A DNA stretch of 63,135 nt, counting the filler, from Globobulimina sp. (Eukaryota): assembly GCA_003354225.1 (NCBI GenBank). It is 30 parts of 30 records of this genome, joined end to end, with 100 filler letters (N's around TTAATTAATTAA, not from the genome) between each part and the next. Parts side by side here need not be neighbours in the genome. Positions count along the whole stretch, not along the records: positions 48,492 to 50,498 come from PIVH01009803.1; positions 50,599 to 52,605 come from PIVH01009804.1; positions 52,706 to 54,711 come from PIVH01009805.1; positions 54,812 to 56,817 come from PIVH01009806.1; positions 56,918 to 58,923 come from PIVH01009807.1; positions 59,024 to 61,029 come from PIVH01009808.1; 24 more parts are not named here. One strand, given 5' to 3'. Under the pieces are notes generated by a model, which was given only the letters and a program-made list of their open reading frames with translations, did no database searches and had not been told where the DNA came from. The position numbers were made by a program, and so were the translations under genes. This document shows positions 48,392 to 59,625 of the stretch, piece after piece (the stretch's first letter is position 1; each line of letters begins with the position of its first letter).

Positions 48392-49441
48392 NNNNNNNNN
48401 NNNNNNNNNNNNNNNNNNNNNNNNNNNNNNNNNNNTTAATTAATTAANNNNNNNNNNNNNNNNNNNNNNNNNNNNNNNNNNNNNNNNNNNNGTTTGCAAT
48501 TTTTTTTATGTAAACCTATACAGACAGCGATCATGAATGCGGATTAAAAGGATATGAACAAAATATATTACAAGAAGAAGAGGAACCGCTCTCACCACAA
48601 AACCAACGAAATAATATCATTGATAGTGAACACATAATAAACAACGAAAAAACATCAGAATCAGCATCCGAATGTGATATAAATATTAACGATATTCCAT
48701 TTAATAAAGAAAATAACATCCCGTCCAATGATATTATCGACAAACAAGAATTGGTCGATATTTTCAAATTAAATGAAGAAGATACAGACACTGGAAATGA
48801 GATTGTAAGTGATCACGAAAACGAATTTAACAAAAAAGCTGAAGACAGGAAAAAGAAAAAAAAGAAGAAGAAAAAAGAGAAAAAGAAAAGAAAAAAAGCT
48901 AAACGCAAAAGAAAAAGCAAAAAAAAATCTAAAAACGCAATAAAAAAAGATGAGATTGAATACGAGCCGGATTTTGTGAATATGGAAGGAACTCACAATC
49001 CGCCACAAATACATGTAATGGGCGTAATACCTCACTTACAACAGTTGGCGGACCAAATTGCAATGGATAAAGATGATGATAAAATAGCCAATGCCATGGA
49101 TGTACAATCGACGGTATCCTCTCATCCTGCGTTCGATGCGAAAAATTTAAAACATTTTATGGAAATGGTCGACGAACAAAATAAAAAAATGCCCTTCATG
49201 ACAGATGGCACTTTAACAGGTCCGATATATATATATTATTATTTTTATTGTGTATGATCAGTGCTGAAATTACATAATTATTTTGCTCATAATTTATTAT
49301 GTGATATACTTATATTTGCATCATCCGATATCTTTGACGACACCTTTCATTACATATTGTCCATTACATACTGCACATCGGCACTGATAAGCAATCACAA
49401 AACAAGCACAGGTCAATGATAGCTGTGCTTGCAGTGTTTGT

Positions 49442-50440
49442 ATGATTTGTTTCTTTGTTTACTATGCATGTTTGGTTGTGTTTGTAGGCGGTCGTGAATA
49501 TAAAGAAGACGACTCCGAGAGTGTGAGTTCAGGGACAAGTAACAGTATGGACGAATATAGCTATTCCACATCGAATGCAGACGAATATATGCCGAATGAC
49601 GCAATGAGTTTAGCCTCAGCCGATCCATACCCTTTGCACAATGCAATAGATGTCAAAGTCCATACTAACATCACGTACATTGCCTCCATCAAAGAGGATG
49701 AAATATTGATGACACCCAATGGCGATAACGACAACGACCACGACCACACACCAAACGGCAGTGGATCCGGAAACGACAATGACGACAAAAATATACATTT
49801 CAACCAGGACATCTATGGATTGCTCATATCATTCATGGGTCGCCACGATCGATGGTTGCATTGTAGATTAGTGTGCAAGTCATGGCATCAATTGGTTTAC
49901 GACAAATGTTGGATATTCCCGCGGTGTTTAAGCATGGCCGAGGCAGATACATTGAAGCCGGGGGATAAGGTGGACCATCGTGACGATGCGGGGAGATACA
50001 TAAAATCGACTATACTCTGCCGAAAGGGCACATTGTTGCACGTGCATTATGATGGATGGAGCAGTAAATGGGATTCGTGGTGCGATTATTGTGTGAATTT
50101 GCATCGGTTCGCAGCGGTGCGCAGCATATCACGTTGTCCGCGGGTACGGGGTAAGCATATTTGCGATAAGATGTTCGTTGATATAAAGCCGAGTTATCGA
50201 CACGGTACGAATTGTAATTGGAGGAAGGGGAAAGTGCGGCGATTGGATGACTATTCTGGGCAAATTGAGGTGATTTATAAGTACAAACAAAAGAAATATT
50301 TGTTGTGGGTGCATTTGGATAATAAGTGCGAGGTTGATCGGGTAGGCAAACATACGCAGTGTTTGAGCAATAATCAGAATGGAACTGTGACAGTGAATAG
50401 ATGTAGTAATTATAGTTTGGCTACGACTGTTCATGAATGA
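49442..50440 (+). CDS. F-box-like plus Tudor/Agenet-like protein (probable last exon; an acidic/Lys-rich exon at ~48525-49219 may belong to the same gene)
   Basis: DIYGLLISFM...CRLVCKSWHQL (F-box-like); GDKVDHRDDAGRYIKSTI...VHYDGWSSKWDSW (Tudor-knot-like). Confidence 0.7.
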   Translation: MICFFVYYACLVVFVGGREYKEDDSESVSSGTSNSMDEYSYSTSNADEYMPNDAMSLASADPYPLHNAIDVKVHTNITYIASIKEDEILMTPNGDNDNDHDHTPNGSGSGNDNDDKNIHFNQDIYGLLISFMGRHDRWLHCRLVCKSWHQLVYDKCWIFPRCLSMAEADTLKPGDKVDHRDDAGRYIKSTILCRKGTLLHVHYDGWSSKWDSWCDYCVNLHRFAAVRSISRCPRVRGKHICDKMFVDIKPSYRHGTNCNWRKGKVRRLDDYSGQIEVIYKYKQKKYLLWVHLDNKCEVDRVGKHTQCLSNNQNGTVTVNRCSNYSLATTVHE

Positions 50441-51084
50441 TTTAATTATATTAAAATTATCATTGTCATGTTTATTAATATTGTTTTTTTTATTTATTNN
50501 NNNNNNNNNNNNNNNNNNNNNNNNNNNNNNNNNNNNNNNNNNTTAATTAATTAANNNNNNNNNNNNNNNNNNNNNNNNNNNNNNNNNNNNNNNNNNNNGG
50601 CGATAAAGTGCATCAAATGATTTGATTTGCGCCCATCCAAATTCCTCATCAAGATACTCTTTGATCAGCTCAGCTTGCGGTGTCCGAATGGTTGCCCTGT
50701 AATAATGGATATAATCCTTTTCTAATTCTATATATAAGTCGGGAGCGCCGTGCTCTTCGATTGAGATTGGAACAATTATTACAGAATATGGAAAAAAATT
50801 ACCATCAAAAGATTCCAACGCATTGGCTATTTGCTCCACGAAATCATTTTCTTTTGATAATTATACATACAAAAAAAGTATATAATACTGTACAAACAAA
50901 AACAAACAAACCATGAATATCATACAAATCTGTTCCTCCGTTACTTTTCCATTTAGTGACAGTTCCAAGGACTACTGTCTCAATTTGATCGTGCGACAGT
51001 GATTGTGATTTTCGATGATGATAGTGCAACATGGTTAATTAATTCTAGATTTGAAAATTGTTATCAGTGAAAAGTGAAAACCTC

Positions 51085-52605
51085 ATGTTACAAGAAAGTT
51101 TATTTGTGTCAGGAATCACTAGAGAGGTTTCAGAAGAAGTACAATCAGAAAATGACAATAATGGAAATGATGGTGAAAATAAGATTGAAAAAACAAATGA
51201 TAGTAAAGACATTAATAAAAACAAATGTTGCGATGTAGTTATTCATGTTTGCGATGAAAGTAGAAATTTAGAAAAAAGTTTTGAATGTAACAGACAATTA
51301 TTAATTGATAAAATGACATATTTCAAACAATATTTAAATAATGAAGATCAAGAAGACGAAGAAGAAGTTGATATAAGTGTTCATTGCGATATTTTAGTAT
51401 TTGAATGGTTGATACAATATATTTCAAATGAAATTAAACCAAAATTAGAAATTCATAATGTTGTATCCATTCTAATATCATCACATTTTTTACAAATGAG
51501 TGTATTAGTAACTGAATGTATAAACTTTATGTGTAATAATTTAGATGGCATCATTCAGCTTCCATTGGATTTGTCATGTTTAAATAGTGAAATAGTCACA
51601 AAAATATCCAATAAATTAAATATATTAACCATTGATTCATTAAATGACCCAACAGATAAAATAACGTCACGATTATATCGATATCATTTAGAAATATTTA
51701 TGGAGAAAAAAGAAAATAAATTATTTTTTTGCGTGTACTGTGGTGAATTGTATACAAAGCAACAACGAAAGAAATTAATTTGTTATAAAGCACCGGTTTA
51801 TATCAGTTTTCATGGTCAAATTATTCGTAAACATTGTGCGCAAAGAGGTTGGTATATTTGTAAATATTTACTAGGTTTGCGGTTACAAAGTTATTCATAT
51901 AAATCGATTTATTGGCATTTATGGTCCATTACAAGACCACCCCTATTCTGTTACAACTGCGATAAATATATTATTATTCCAAAATTATATCATTGTACAT
52001 ATCACACAAAGCAACCAAAAATTGCAAATAATAAACTTATTTATACGTGTTGCCAAACCAAAGAAAATAATTTTGAAATTATACAAACTGAAAAAAAAGG
52101 ATGTTGTCATAAACAACATGAAATTATTTCCGATAATAATTCCGATGATTTAAATTGCGAAATAGAGAAAATATTTTCACTCATTTCAACTCATTCACAA
52201 TTGCAATATATTTTTATACCATTTGAATGTTCAGATCTATGTTCAAATGCAATGACAAGAATAAATAAAAGATTTCTAGAAAGACCACAATCTGCAGATC
52301 ATCGATCGAGATTATTAAAACATTCGCATCACAAAATCAAAAAACGTTTTTCTTTAAATTCACCTTCAAAAACAACAGGTGTTTGGGATAAAAAATATTT
52401 TGTTTTTGGATCACAATCTTCCTCCAAATCACTGCACAGAAACCATTTAAATCAGAATAAAATATTAAATTTTGATATTTATCATAAACCAATGACATTT
52501 TGGTATGACGAATGTGAGGAAGAAAATAAAAATAACAATGATGATATAACTGAAGATTCATTCGAATATTTATCGTATTTGTTAAGTTTTGATAATATTG
52601 ATTAT
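51085..52605 (+). CDS. SANBR: SANBR/KIAA1841 (DUF3342 BTB) family protein, 3' partial
   Basis: VIHVCDE...F.C...LL...M.YF, VDISVHCDILVFEWL, NVVSILISSHFLQM. Confidence 0.85.
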
Positions 52606-52707
52606 NNNNNNNNNNNNNNNNNNNNNNNNNNNNNNNNNNNNNNNNNNNNTTAATTAATTAANNNNNNNNNNNNNNNNNNNNNNNNNNNNNNNNNNNNNNN
52701 NNNNNAG

Positions 52708-54171
52708 TTGAAATATATTTGCGTCAAATTTTCTAGCTTGTCGCGTTCAATGCAGATTATTAACGATTTGAGCGGCTATTTATTGAACAAAATACAGTGT
52801 ATTCCGGCGCCGAGTGAGCAGAGATTACGTAAGAAATTTGAGATCCATAAACAAGAATTAATTAAATCTGCATATAAATTCATAACTAATTGTAAAAAAG
52901 AAGCAAAATCATGTATGGAAAGAGCAGTGAATCGGATGGTATTTCAGTTATTATCTGTGCAAAATGGCGCATATTTTAAGTTAAAATTATATATTTACGG
53001 TCGCATACCATCGACCACCGCAATTAAGATTGGTTTATTTCAACGGATTGCCAATTATTTGAACGTATGTTCGGACTATTTGCGGGAAAAAGATCTACAA
53101 ACTCTTGTACGTGACATTGCCGTCAGATTTTGTAGACATATGAAGGAAATATTGGTCGGATATTCTATGAAACCGCCTCGTGTATTTCGAAAAGAACACG
53201 ATACCAAATATATTGTGCAAGATTTTGAAGAATGTAAGAAATTATTTTGTGATTTCGGACTGCGAGAAATGAATATTTATTTTAAAGCAAACGAACATAA
53301 AACAGAGGAGAAGAAAGAAGAAAAAGTAACTGATTTAGATGAGTATGAGGTTGATGTGGAACATCCCTTTTATCCGTACTTTGAATGCATAGAAAATATG
53401 AAGCGTCCGACGCTAATTTTAATGCAAAAGCATATGATATTAATGGCGAAAAGAAACGAAGAGCAAAAAAATAAAAGATATGAGGAAAAGTTTGCCAATA
53501 AAAATAAAAAAATAGTCAGAAATAACAAGTATAAACAAACAAAATCATTGGCAAAAGTAGCCAAACATCAATCAATTCGCGCAAAAGCAATCATGGATCG
53601 TGCAAAGATAAAAAAAATCTACGATTCCATACTGTTGCATGTATTGACGCATCGCTCCGAAGATGAAGAGGCCTTAAGTTATTGCGAAAATTTTATACAA
53701 TACAGAGATAGGTCCAAGCCGTTAATTATTGATTTATCAAATATCGGCGATACATTACGGATTATCATCCACGAAGGGAAAGAGTTGCCGGCCTTGGATT
53801 TTACGGGCAAATCGGACCCGTACTGCAAAGTTAAAATTATGCCGTTTAAATTGTTTAAGGAGACCAGAGTGGTTCGACAGACATTAAATCCAAAATGGGA
53901 CCAACCATTTGATTTCAATTTAAATGTAAAAAGTAAACATAAGGATCAGAGGTTAAATACACAACATATTATTATAGAGTTTGACTGTTGGGATTGGGAT
54001 ACCATTGGCTCTGATGACCATATTGGGAAACATACGGAACGTATTGAATACGGACAGGAGAATATTCATGAAAAATGGGTGAAATTGTATGCGCATAGTT
54101 ATAATGATGATGACCGAGTGCAGGGCGAATTGCTTATAACTATCGAATGTGAAAATTTATGGAATCAATGA
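52708..54171 (+). CDS. Unc13/PATROL1-like MUN domain C-terminus plus C2 domain, 5' partial
   Basis: PPRVF...IVQDFEECKKLF and LLHVLTHRSEDEEA resemble MUN/DUF810 motifs; C2 with acidic loops (LPALDFTGKSDPYC, WDWDTIGSDDHIG). Confidence 0.7.
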   Translation: MKYICVKFSSLSRSMQIINDLSGYLLNKIQCIPAPSEQRLRKKFEIHKQELIKSAYKFITNCKKEAKSCMERAVNRMVFQLLSVQNGAYFKLKLYIYGRIPSTTAIKIGLFQRIANYLNVCSDYLREKDLQTLVRDIAVRFCRHMKEILVGYSMKPPRVFRKEHDTKYIVQDFEECKKLFCDFGLREMNIYFKANEHKTEEKKEEKVTDLDEYEVDVEHPFYPYFECIENMKRPTLILMQKHMILMAKRNEEQKNKRYEEKFANKNKKIVRNNKYKQTKSLAKVAKHQSIRAKAIMDRAKIKKIYDSILLHVLTHRSEDEEALSYCENFIQYRDRSKPLIIDLSNIGDTLRIIIHEGKELPALDFTGKSDPYCKVKIMPFKLFKETRVVRQTLNPKWDQPFDFNLNVKSKHKDQRLNTQHIIIEFDCWDWDTIGSDDHIGKHTERIEYGQENIHEKWVKLYAHSYNDDDRVQGELLITIECENLWNQ

Positions 54172-54811
54172 CTTTTTTTTTCCAACAAAATTACGTATAA
54201 TATTGAAATTTTTTATTTTAGATTTTATTTATTTTTTCTTGTGAGTTTGTAGGCAATGTTTATATTCATATTCATATGACATTGAAACAAATAAAAACTA
54301 CAATGTTCCCTTTATTGCACAAAAACATCTTTACTAAAAAATTTAAAACTGCCTTTCTCTAAACAATTCATCCTTCCATTTCTCGCAACTGATTAAACTG
54401 TGGTTTCTAAAATCTAAACAATATAAATAATATTAGTAATAAAAGAATTAGCTGTATTTATTGTGAGTTGCAGCTTGCATTGAAACAAAATATTGTGCGA
54501 TTCTCAAGGCATTAAATAAGCACTTAGTTAAGAAATGATTATGCAGCAAATTTTGCAATTTATAAATATATATAATATGCAAATATGCAGAGGAAATAAT
54601 TATATTTATTTGAAATTTAGCAGTGATTGTTACATTGGTTTAGTACCTCGTCCAATGCAACAAATGATAGTGAGGACAGATTGAACATAACAATATCGAT
54701 ATAATTTGTTTNNNNNNNNNNNNNNNNNNNNNNNNNNNNNNNNNNNNNNNNNNNNTTAATTAATTAANNNNNNNNNNNNNNNNNNNNNNNNNNNNNNNNN
54801 NNNNNNNNNNN

Positions 54812-55189
54812 AAAGAATTTGCAATTGCACATTTTGAAATGATTGCAATTATTGTGGGACTACATACGTTTAAGCATTTATTTCGTCCAAAAACGAAATT
54901 ATTGTTAAAAACAGATAATAAGCACGTTCAATATGTATTATTAGAGAAGAATTCGGCGGACGAGTTCTTACAATCTGGTCTACGATGGATCTGTATGTGG
55001 TGTGTAATAAATGAGATGCAAGTTTATGTGAATTATGTCAATACAAAATTAAATAAATTGCCAGATTTGGCATCGAGATTTGATATGAATGAATTTAGTA
55101 AATTGGCTTTGAAAGTATGCAATAAAAATAATTGGCCATTAAATCCATTCTCTGCACCATTTGATTTTCCAGATATTCATCAATGGTAA
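54812..55189 (+). CDS. DIRS-type RNase H domain (pol C-terminus), 5' partial
   Basis: IAHFEMIAI...LLKTDNK...NKLPDLASR. Confidence 0.8.
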   Translation, partial: KEFAIAHFEMIAIIVGLHTFKHLFRPKTKLLLKTDNKHVQYVLLEKNSADEFLQSGLRWICMWCVINEMQVYVNYVNTKLNKLPDLASRFDMNEFSKLALKVCNKNNWPLNPFSAPFDFPDIHQW

Positions 55190-55348
55190 ATTGGCAATAA
55201 TTGAATGAGATTGACATAGCATATGACTTAAATGATTTACTTGATTTGCTGAGTCTATTAAACAGATATCAATATAACAATATATTAAACAGTCAAAGGT
55301 GCCATCCTCTGGCCTTACTAAGGGGGCCTAAGACTTACATGTTTTTTA

Positions 55349-56707
55349 TTGATACTTAAAAAACACAAAGTAAGACAGAAAAAGTGGAAAAGCCCGGTAT
55401 TTGATTTAGTTCCGGCAATATATCGGGATATATTAATATTGACATCGAATGGTGGGGTAAAAGCATCGTCAGAAGGAACATACCAAGATAACTTCTTAGA
55501 ATTTTGGAGAACTATGAGGAGACTAAATATACCGGATAAGTGGGTATGGAATTTCCCGATTGACGATGCGATATTACAAATATATATAATAAACTGTTGT
55601 TTTATTAGAAAACGACCAAATTGTTATAAAACGATCAGAGGTAAGATGAGAGCAATTGATTTTGTGGCGCAATTATGTGGAATAGAATCATCGTGGTCTA
55701 CCAATGCATCATTGGATACAATATTAAAATATGTAAAAAAGACAAATCCTGGCAAAGGATGTGACACTGTGCCGGCAACTGTGGATGTTGTACTAAATAT
55801 AGTCAGATATATATTAGAATTTAAAGTATATTATCGGCTAAACTTTTTGTCGAAATATGAAAGGAAGCTGAAGGAGAATTGGTTATCATTTCCAAAGATT
55901 TGGATTGATAAACAAACACTATATTGGTATTGCTTTGCGATGTCAATATTATTTGTAGGCATCTTAGGATTGAGAGGGGCGGAGTGCTACGAAAACAAAG
56001 ACAAACAATATGAAGGATATGGGATTTACATATCAGATTTAACATTCTTTTGGAAGGAAGAAGCAACAAATAAATTATATGCAAGCAATAGGTACTCATT
56101 GGCGTGGGAACATTTGCATCATCTTCGGATTAGATTAAGACACTCAAAGTCCGCAACCAAAGGACAAGATGTCTTCCTGCGTTTAGGTAGAACGAATCGA
56201 GAGATTGATCCGGTGATAATTATGTATCATATATATAATTTACAGAGATATGATTTGAGGAAGTTATATAAATATAGATTAAGAAAAAGATTTATATTCC
56301 AAACTCCCCAAAGAGATTGGACATTGACAGCAGTGAAAAAGAATTGGGCTGTGATGATTGCGGAGTTAGGCTTTATTGAGGCTGAAAAATATAGATTCCA
56401 TGGATTACGCAAAGGATTTGCGACAACATTAACACAAAAAGGAGTGCTTAGAAGTATCATAGCATTTGCAGGTAGATGGAAGTTGTTGGCAGCTATTGAT
56501 GACTACATTATCCATACACAAAAAGAAATGTTTGGTCTGGCATTTATATACTTGTATGGAAATAAAATAAATAGCGAGGCAATAGATTTAGATTTGGCAG
56601 AATGTAATATGGTGAAGGATTTGCCGAATAATAAATCGTCTGTAATATCGATGCAGTTTCTGAAAGACTATCAGAAACAATTAACAATGGATAGCATTGA
56701 AGAATGA
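55349..56707 (+). CDS. Tyrosine recombinase of a DIRS-order retrotransposon
   Basis: GLRGAEC (R), HSKS (K), HGLRKG (HxxR), AGRW...DDYI (W, Y); immediately downstream of the RNase H. Confidence 0.9.
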   Translation: MILKKHKVRQKKWKSPVFDLVPAIYRDILILTSNGGVKASSEGTYQDNFLEFWRTMRRLNIPDKWVWNFPIDDAILQIYIINCCFIRKRPNCYKTIRGKMRAIDFVAQLCGIESSWSTNASLDTILKYVKKTNPGKGCDTVPATVDVVLNIVRYILEFKVYYRLNFLSKYERKLKENWLSFPKIWIDKQTLYWYCFAMSILFVGILGLRGAECYENKDKQYEGYGIYISDLTFFWKEEATNKLYASNRYSLAWEHLHHLRIRLRHSKSATKGQDVFLRLGRTNREIDPVIIMYHIYNLQRYDLRKLYKYRLRKRFIFQTPQRDWTLTAVKKNWAVMIAELGFIEAEKYRFHGLRKGFATTLTQKGVLRSIIAFAGRWKLLAAIDDYIIHTQKEMFGLAFIYLYGNKINSEAIDLDLAECNMVKDLPNNKSSVISMQFLKDYQKQLTMDSIEE

Positions 56708-56917
56708 AAATGAATTACGAATTGGACAATAGTTGATTAGTTTAATTAGATTATTGTTGGTTTTTACGATTTGGATATAATTCCTGAAATGTATTATTAT
56801 TGTGATGGGATTATTTGNNNNNNNNNNNNNNNNNNNNNNNNNNNNNNNNNNNNNNNNNNNNTTAATTAATTAANNNNNNNNNNNNNNNNNNNNNNNNNNN
56901 NNNNNNNNNNNNNNNNN

Positions 56918-58923
56918 TTCTTTAACCCGACTACAACCAACATATAAACTAGGCATTGTTAATGGAAGAATTCTTGTACAAATATTTGTAGTTGAATTAA
57001 GGGATAAAATTGTTGATTTGACTGTTTTTCCTTGCATTTTATGAAAAGTTACAGCTAAAGCTAACTCACATTCGTGCATTTTACATCCTTTTTCTTTACT
57101 TTTACTTTTACTGTTTTTATCTTTGAAATGTGAAACTTTGGCTTTAATTGCAACAATTTTTTTACCAATTTGAATCACTATGTAATCAGGTTGTGAAACT
57201 TCATGTATTTTACCTGGTTCTAAAGTATCTAAATCAACAGCTTTTGTATTGTCTTCCCAAACAACATCAAGATAAATACCTTCGCTACCTTTACCAACAC
57301 CTAATTTTGTTTCAAGTGATTCATTTAATACACATTTTGCACCACGTGCGAAATATTTAATTAACTCATCATATACACCTTCTAAATCTTGATAATTTAC
57401 ATCAGGTACGGAATATTGTCTAAAACCAACTTTAACTGGACAAATCCAACATATAATTGGTTGTTTTTTTCTGATTCCAAAACTACGAATTTTTTCTGTT
57501 GTAAATCTATAACGTTCAATATTACCAGAAACAACTACTGGTGTATCACTCCAATTTATTTTTTCGTTTTCAAAATCATTTTCTGATAATATTATAAATT
57601 TTGATAACCATTCGTCAGTAATTGGATGGTCCACTTGTAAATTACGTAATTGTGATAACCAATTATCAAATTCTGGAGTAGCTCGCTCTTGTCCTTCTAA
57701 AATAACCATTTGAAATTTGGCAAATAATTGAGCTCCTACATGATACGCTTTATTTGGCATACGTAAACCGAGTGCTAACATGACGGCAGCTTGATATAGT
57801 GCTGGTTTATTCAAATATTCCTCAACGGGCGGAAATTGATACATATCACCAATAAGTAAGACACTTAATCCTCCAAATAACAGTTCATTTTCTAACGCTA
57901 TTTGTAAATATGTATTTATTTTGACTAATGTTACAGGTGTTAGCATGCTTACTTCATCTATAACTAACAATTCAACACCTTCACAAGCTTTTACAATTTT
58001 TGTTTTTGTCCTTGCACTTATCGTTGTTTCTGTAAAATTAGGATAATTTTTTCCCAATCCAAGAATATGGTTAATCGTGTCAGATTTTAATTCTGCAGCT
58101 GCAGAACCTGTTGTCCCAGAAAATATTGCTCTCATTCCTAACAATTCAGCTAATGTTCTAGCTATTGTTGATTTGCCAGCACCAGGTGGACCTTGCATGA
58201 ATACCAAAAATTGTCCATCTTTTCGATCTATTTTTCCGACTGACATCTTTTTGATTTTACTTAATAAAGTTAGCATTTTCTCTTGAGAATCTGACAATTT
58301 AATTTCTTCCTTTTCTTTAAATTCAATAATATCTTCATCATCATCGTCAATTATCATAGGATCAAAATCATATTCCTTTTGCTCCAATTCAACAGTTGAC
58401 TCATCGTCTAAAAAACATTTAATTGCGTTTTTGCAAATTTCAAATGTATATTTCTTGAATTTCATTGGCACCTCTCGTTGTCGTTTGTTTGCTTTCTGTA
58501 AATGGTTATAAATGTCAACTTGTTTATTAACATATACAGTAGCTAGGTGTCTATTTTTTTGTTTTGTTGTTAAAAAATTATCTTTACCAGTGCCATATTT
58601 TTCACGGATTTTATCACATATATTTTCTAATAAATCATATTCATTGGTAATATCTTCAGTTTTTTCAGATTTGTTTTTATTACGGTAAGATGGTTCTGCG
58701 TTAGTGTTATTATCTAATGTATCAGCCTCTAGAAAACGCCATTTAGTTACTAACGTTCTTTCTGACATTTGTTGACGCATATTATCAACCATATTTTGAA
58801 ATACACATGAGATAGTATATTCATAACTATTTGTACTATTTTCAAAATCATTAAAGACTTTCCAAAAATTATCCCAAGATTGTTCTTCGTTCCAAGGTAA
58901 AATATTGTTATATGGTTCTATTG
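56918..58923 (-). CDS. Pif1-family SF1B DNA helicase, partial, probably mobile-element derived
   Basis: GPPGAGKS, VIDEVSM, FGGLSVLLIGDMYQFPPV, QER, AVTFHKMQGKT, LYVGCSRV; no intron seen. Confidence 0.9.
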
Positions 58924-59023
58924 NNNNNNNNNNNNNNNNNNNNNNNNNNNNNNNNNNNNNNNNNNNNTTAATTAATTAANNNNNNNNNNNNNNNNNNNNN
59001 NNNNNNNNNNNNNNNNNNNNNNN

Positions 59024-59248
59024 ATTAAATGTGGAGAAAATCATAATATTATTAAAACAGTGGCTAATAAATATTATTTGTGGGGTGATAATAATTATAA
59101 TCAATGCTTATATGTTCATGATGCCAATCCACCAAACAATATTCAGAAACCATTATTATTTAATTCAAATTATTTTGATAAAGATGAAGAAATACTTGCA
59201 ATGTATCCTGGATGTAATGAGACCCGAATAATAATTTGTAAAATTTAA
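59024..59248 (+). CDS. RCC1-like repeat protein C-terminus
   Basis: KCGENHNIIKT...YLWGDNNYNQC. Confidence 0.6.
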   Translation: MKCGENHNIIKTVANKYYLWGDNNYNQCLYVHDANPPNNIQKPLLFNSNYFDKDEEILAMYPGCNETRIIICKI

Positions 59249-59342
59249 ATGAAGATTAAAACAAAGTGACATTTAAAAGACTCATTTCTGTATTTTAGTT
59301 TGTTGTTGTTTCAATTGTGGGAGAGCAAGTCAACACATTTTA

Positions 59343-59410
59343 AATACTTTAGAATAGGACACCAAGTGGTTCAACGCAGTGTTTCTAAAAACGTCCTATT
59401 CTAAAGTATT
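59343..59410. repeat. 68-bp element with perfect 18-bp inverted repeats
   Basis: AATACTTTAGAATAGGAC (59343-59360) and GTCCTATTCTAAAGTATT (59393-59410). Confidence 0.75.
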
Positions 59411-59625
59411 AAGAATACAATAATATTTTAAAAAACAATGTGTTCAAAAGTATTTGTTGAAAAAGTTTACATTTAACCTTTTTGGCTTCATCGTTGAAAT
59501 TTGAAAAATGATTTTTAAACAGCGAGCAAAAATTATACTTCAAACAAAACAACACACTAAACACAAAATACACTTTACACCTGATCTATAATTAAAATTC
59601 ATAAGACAAATTTTAAAACCCTTAA

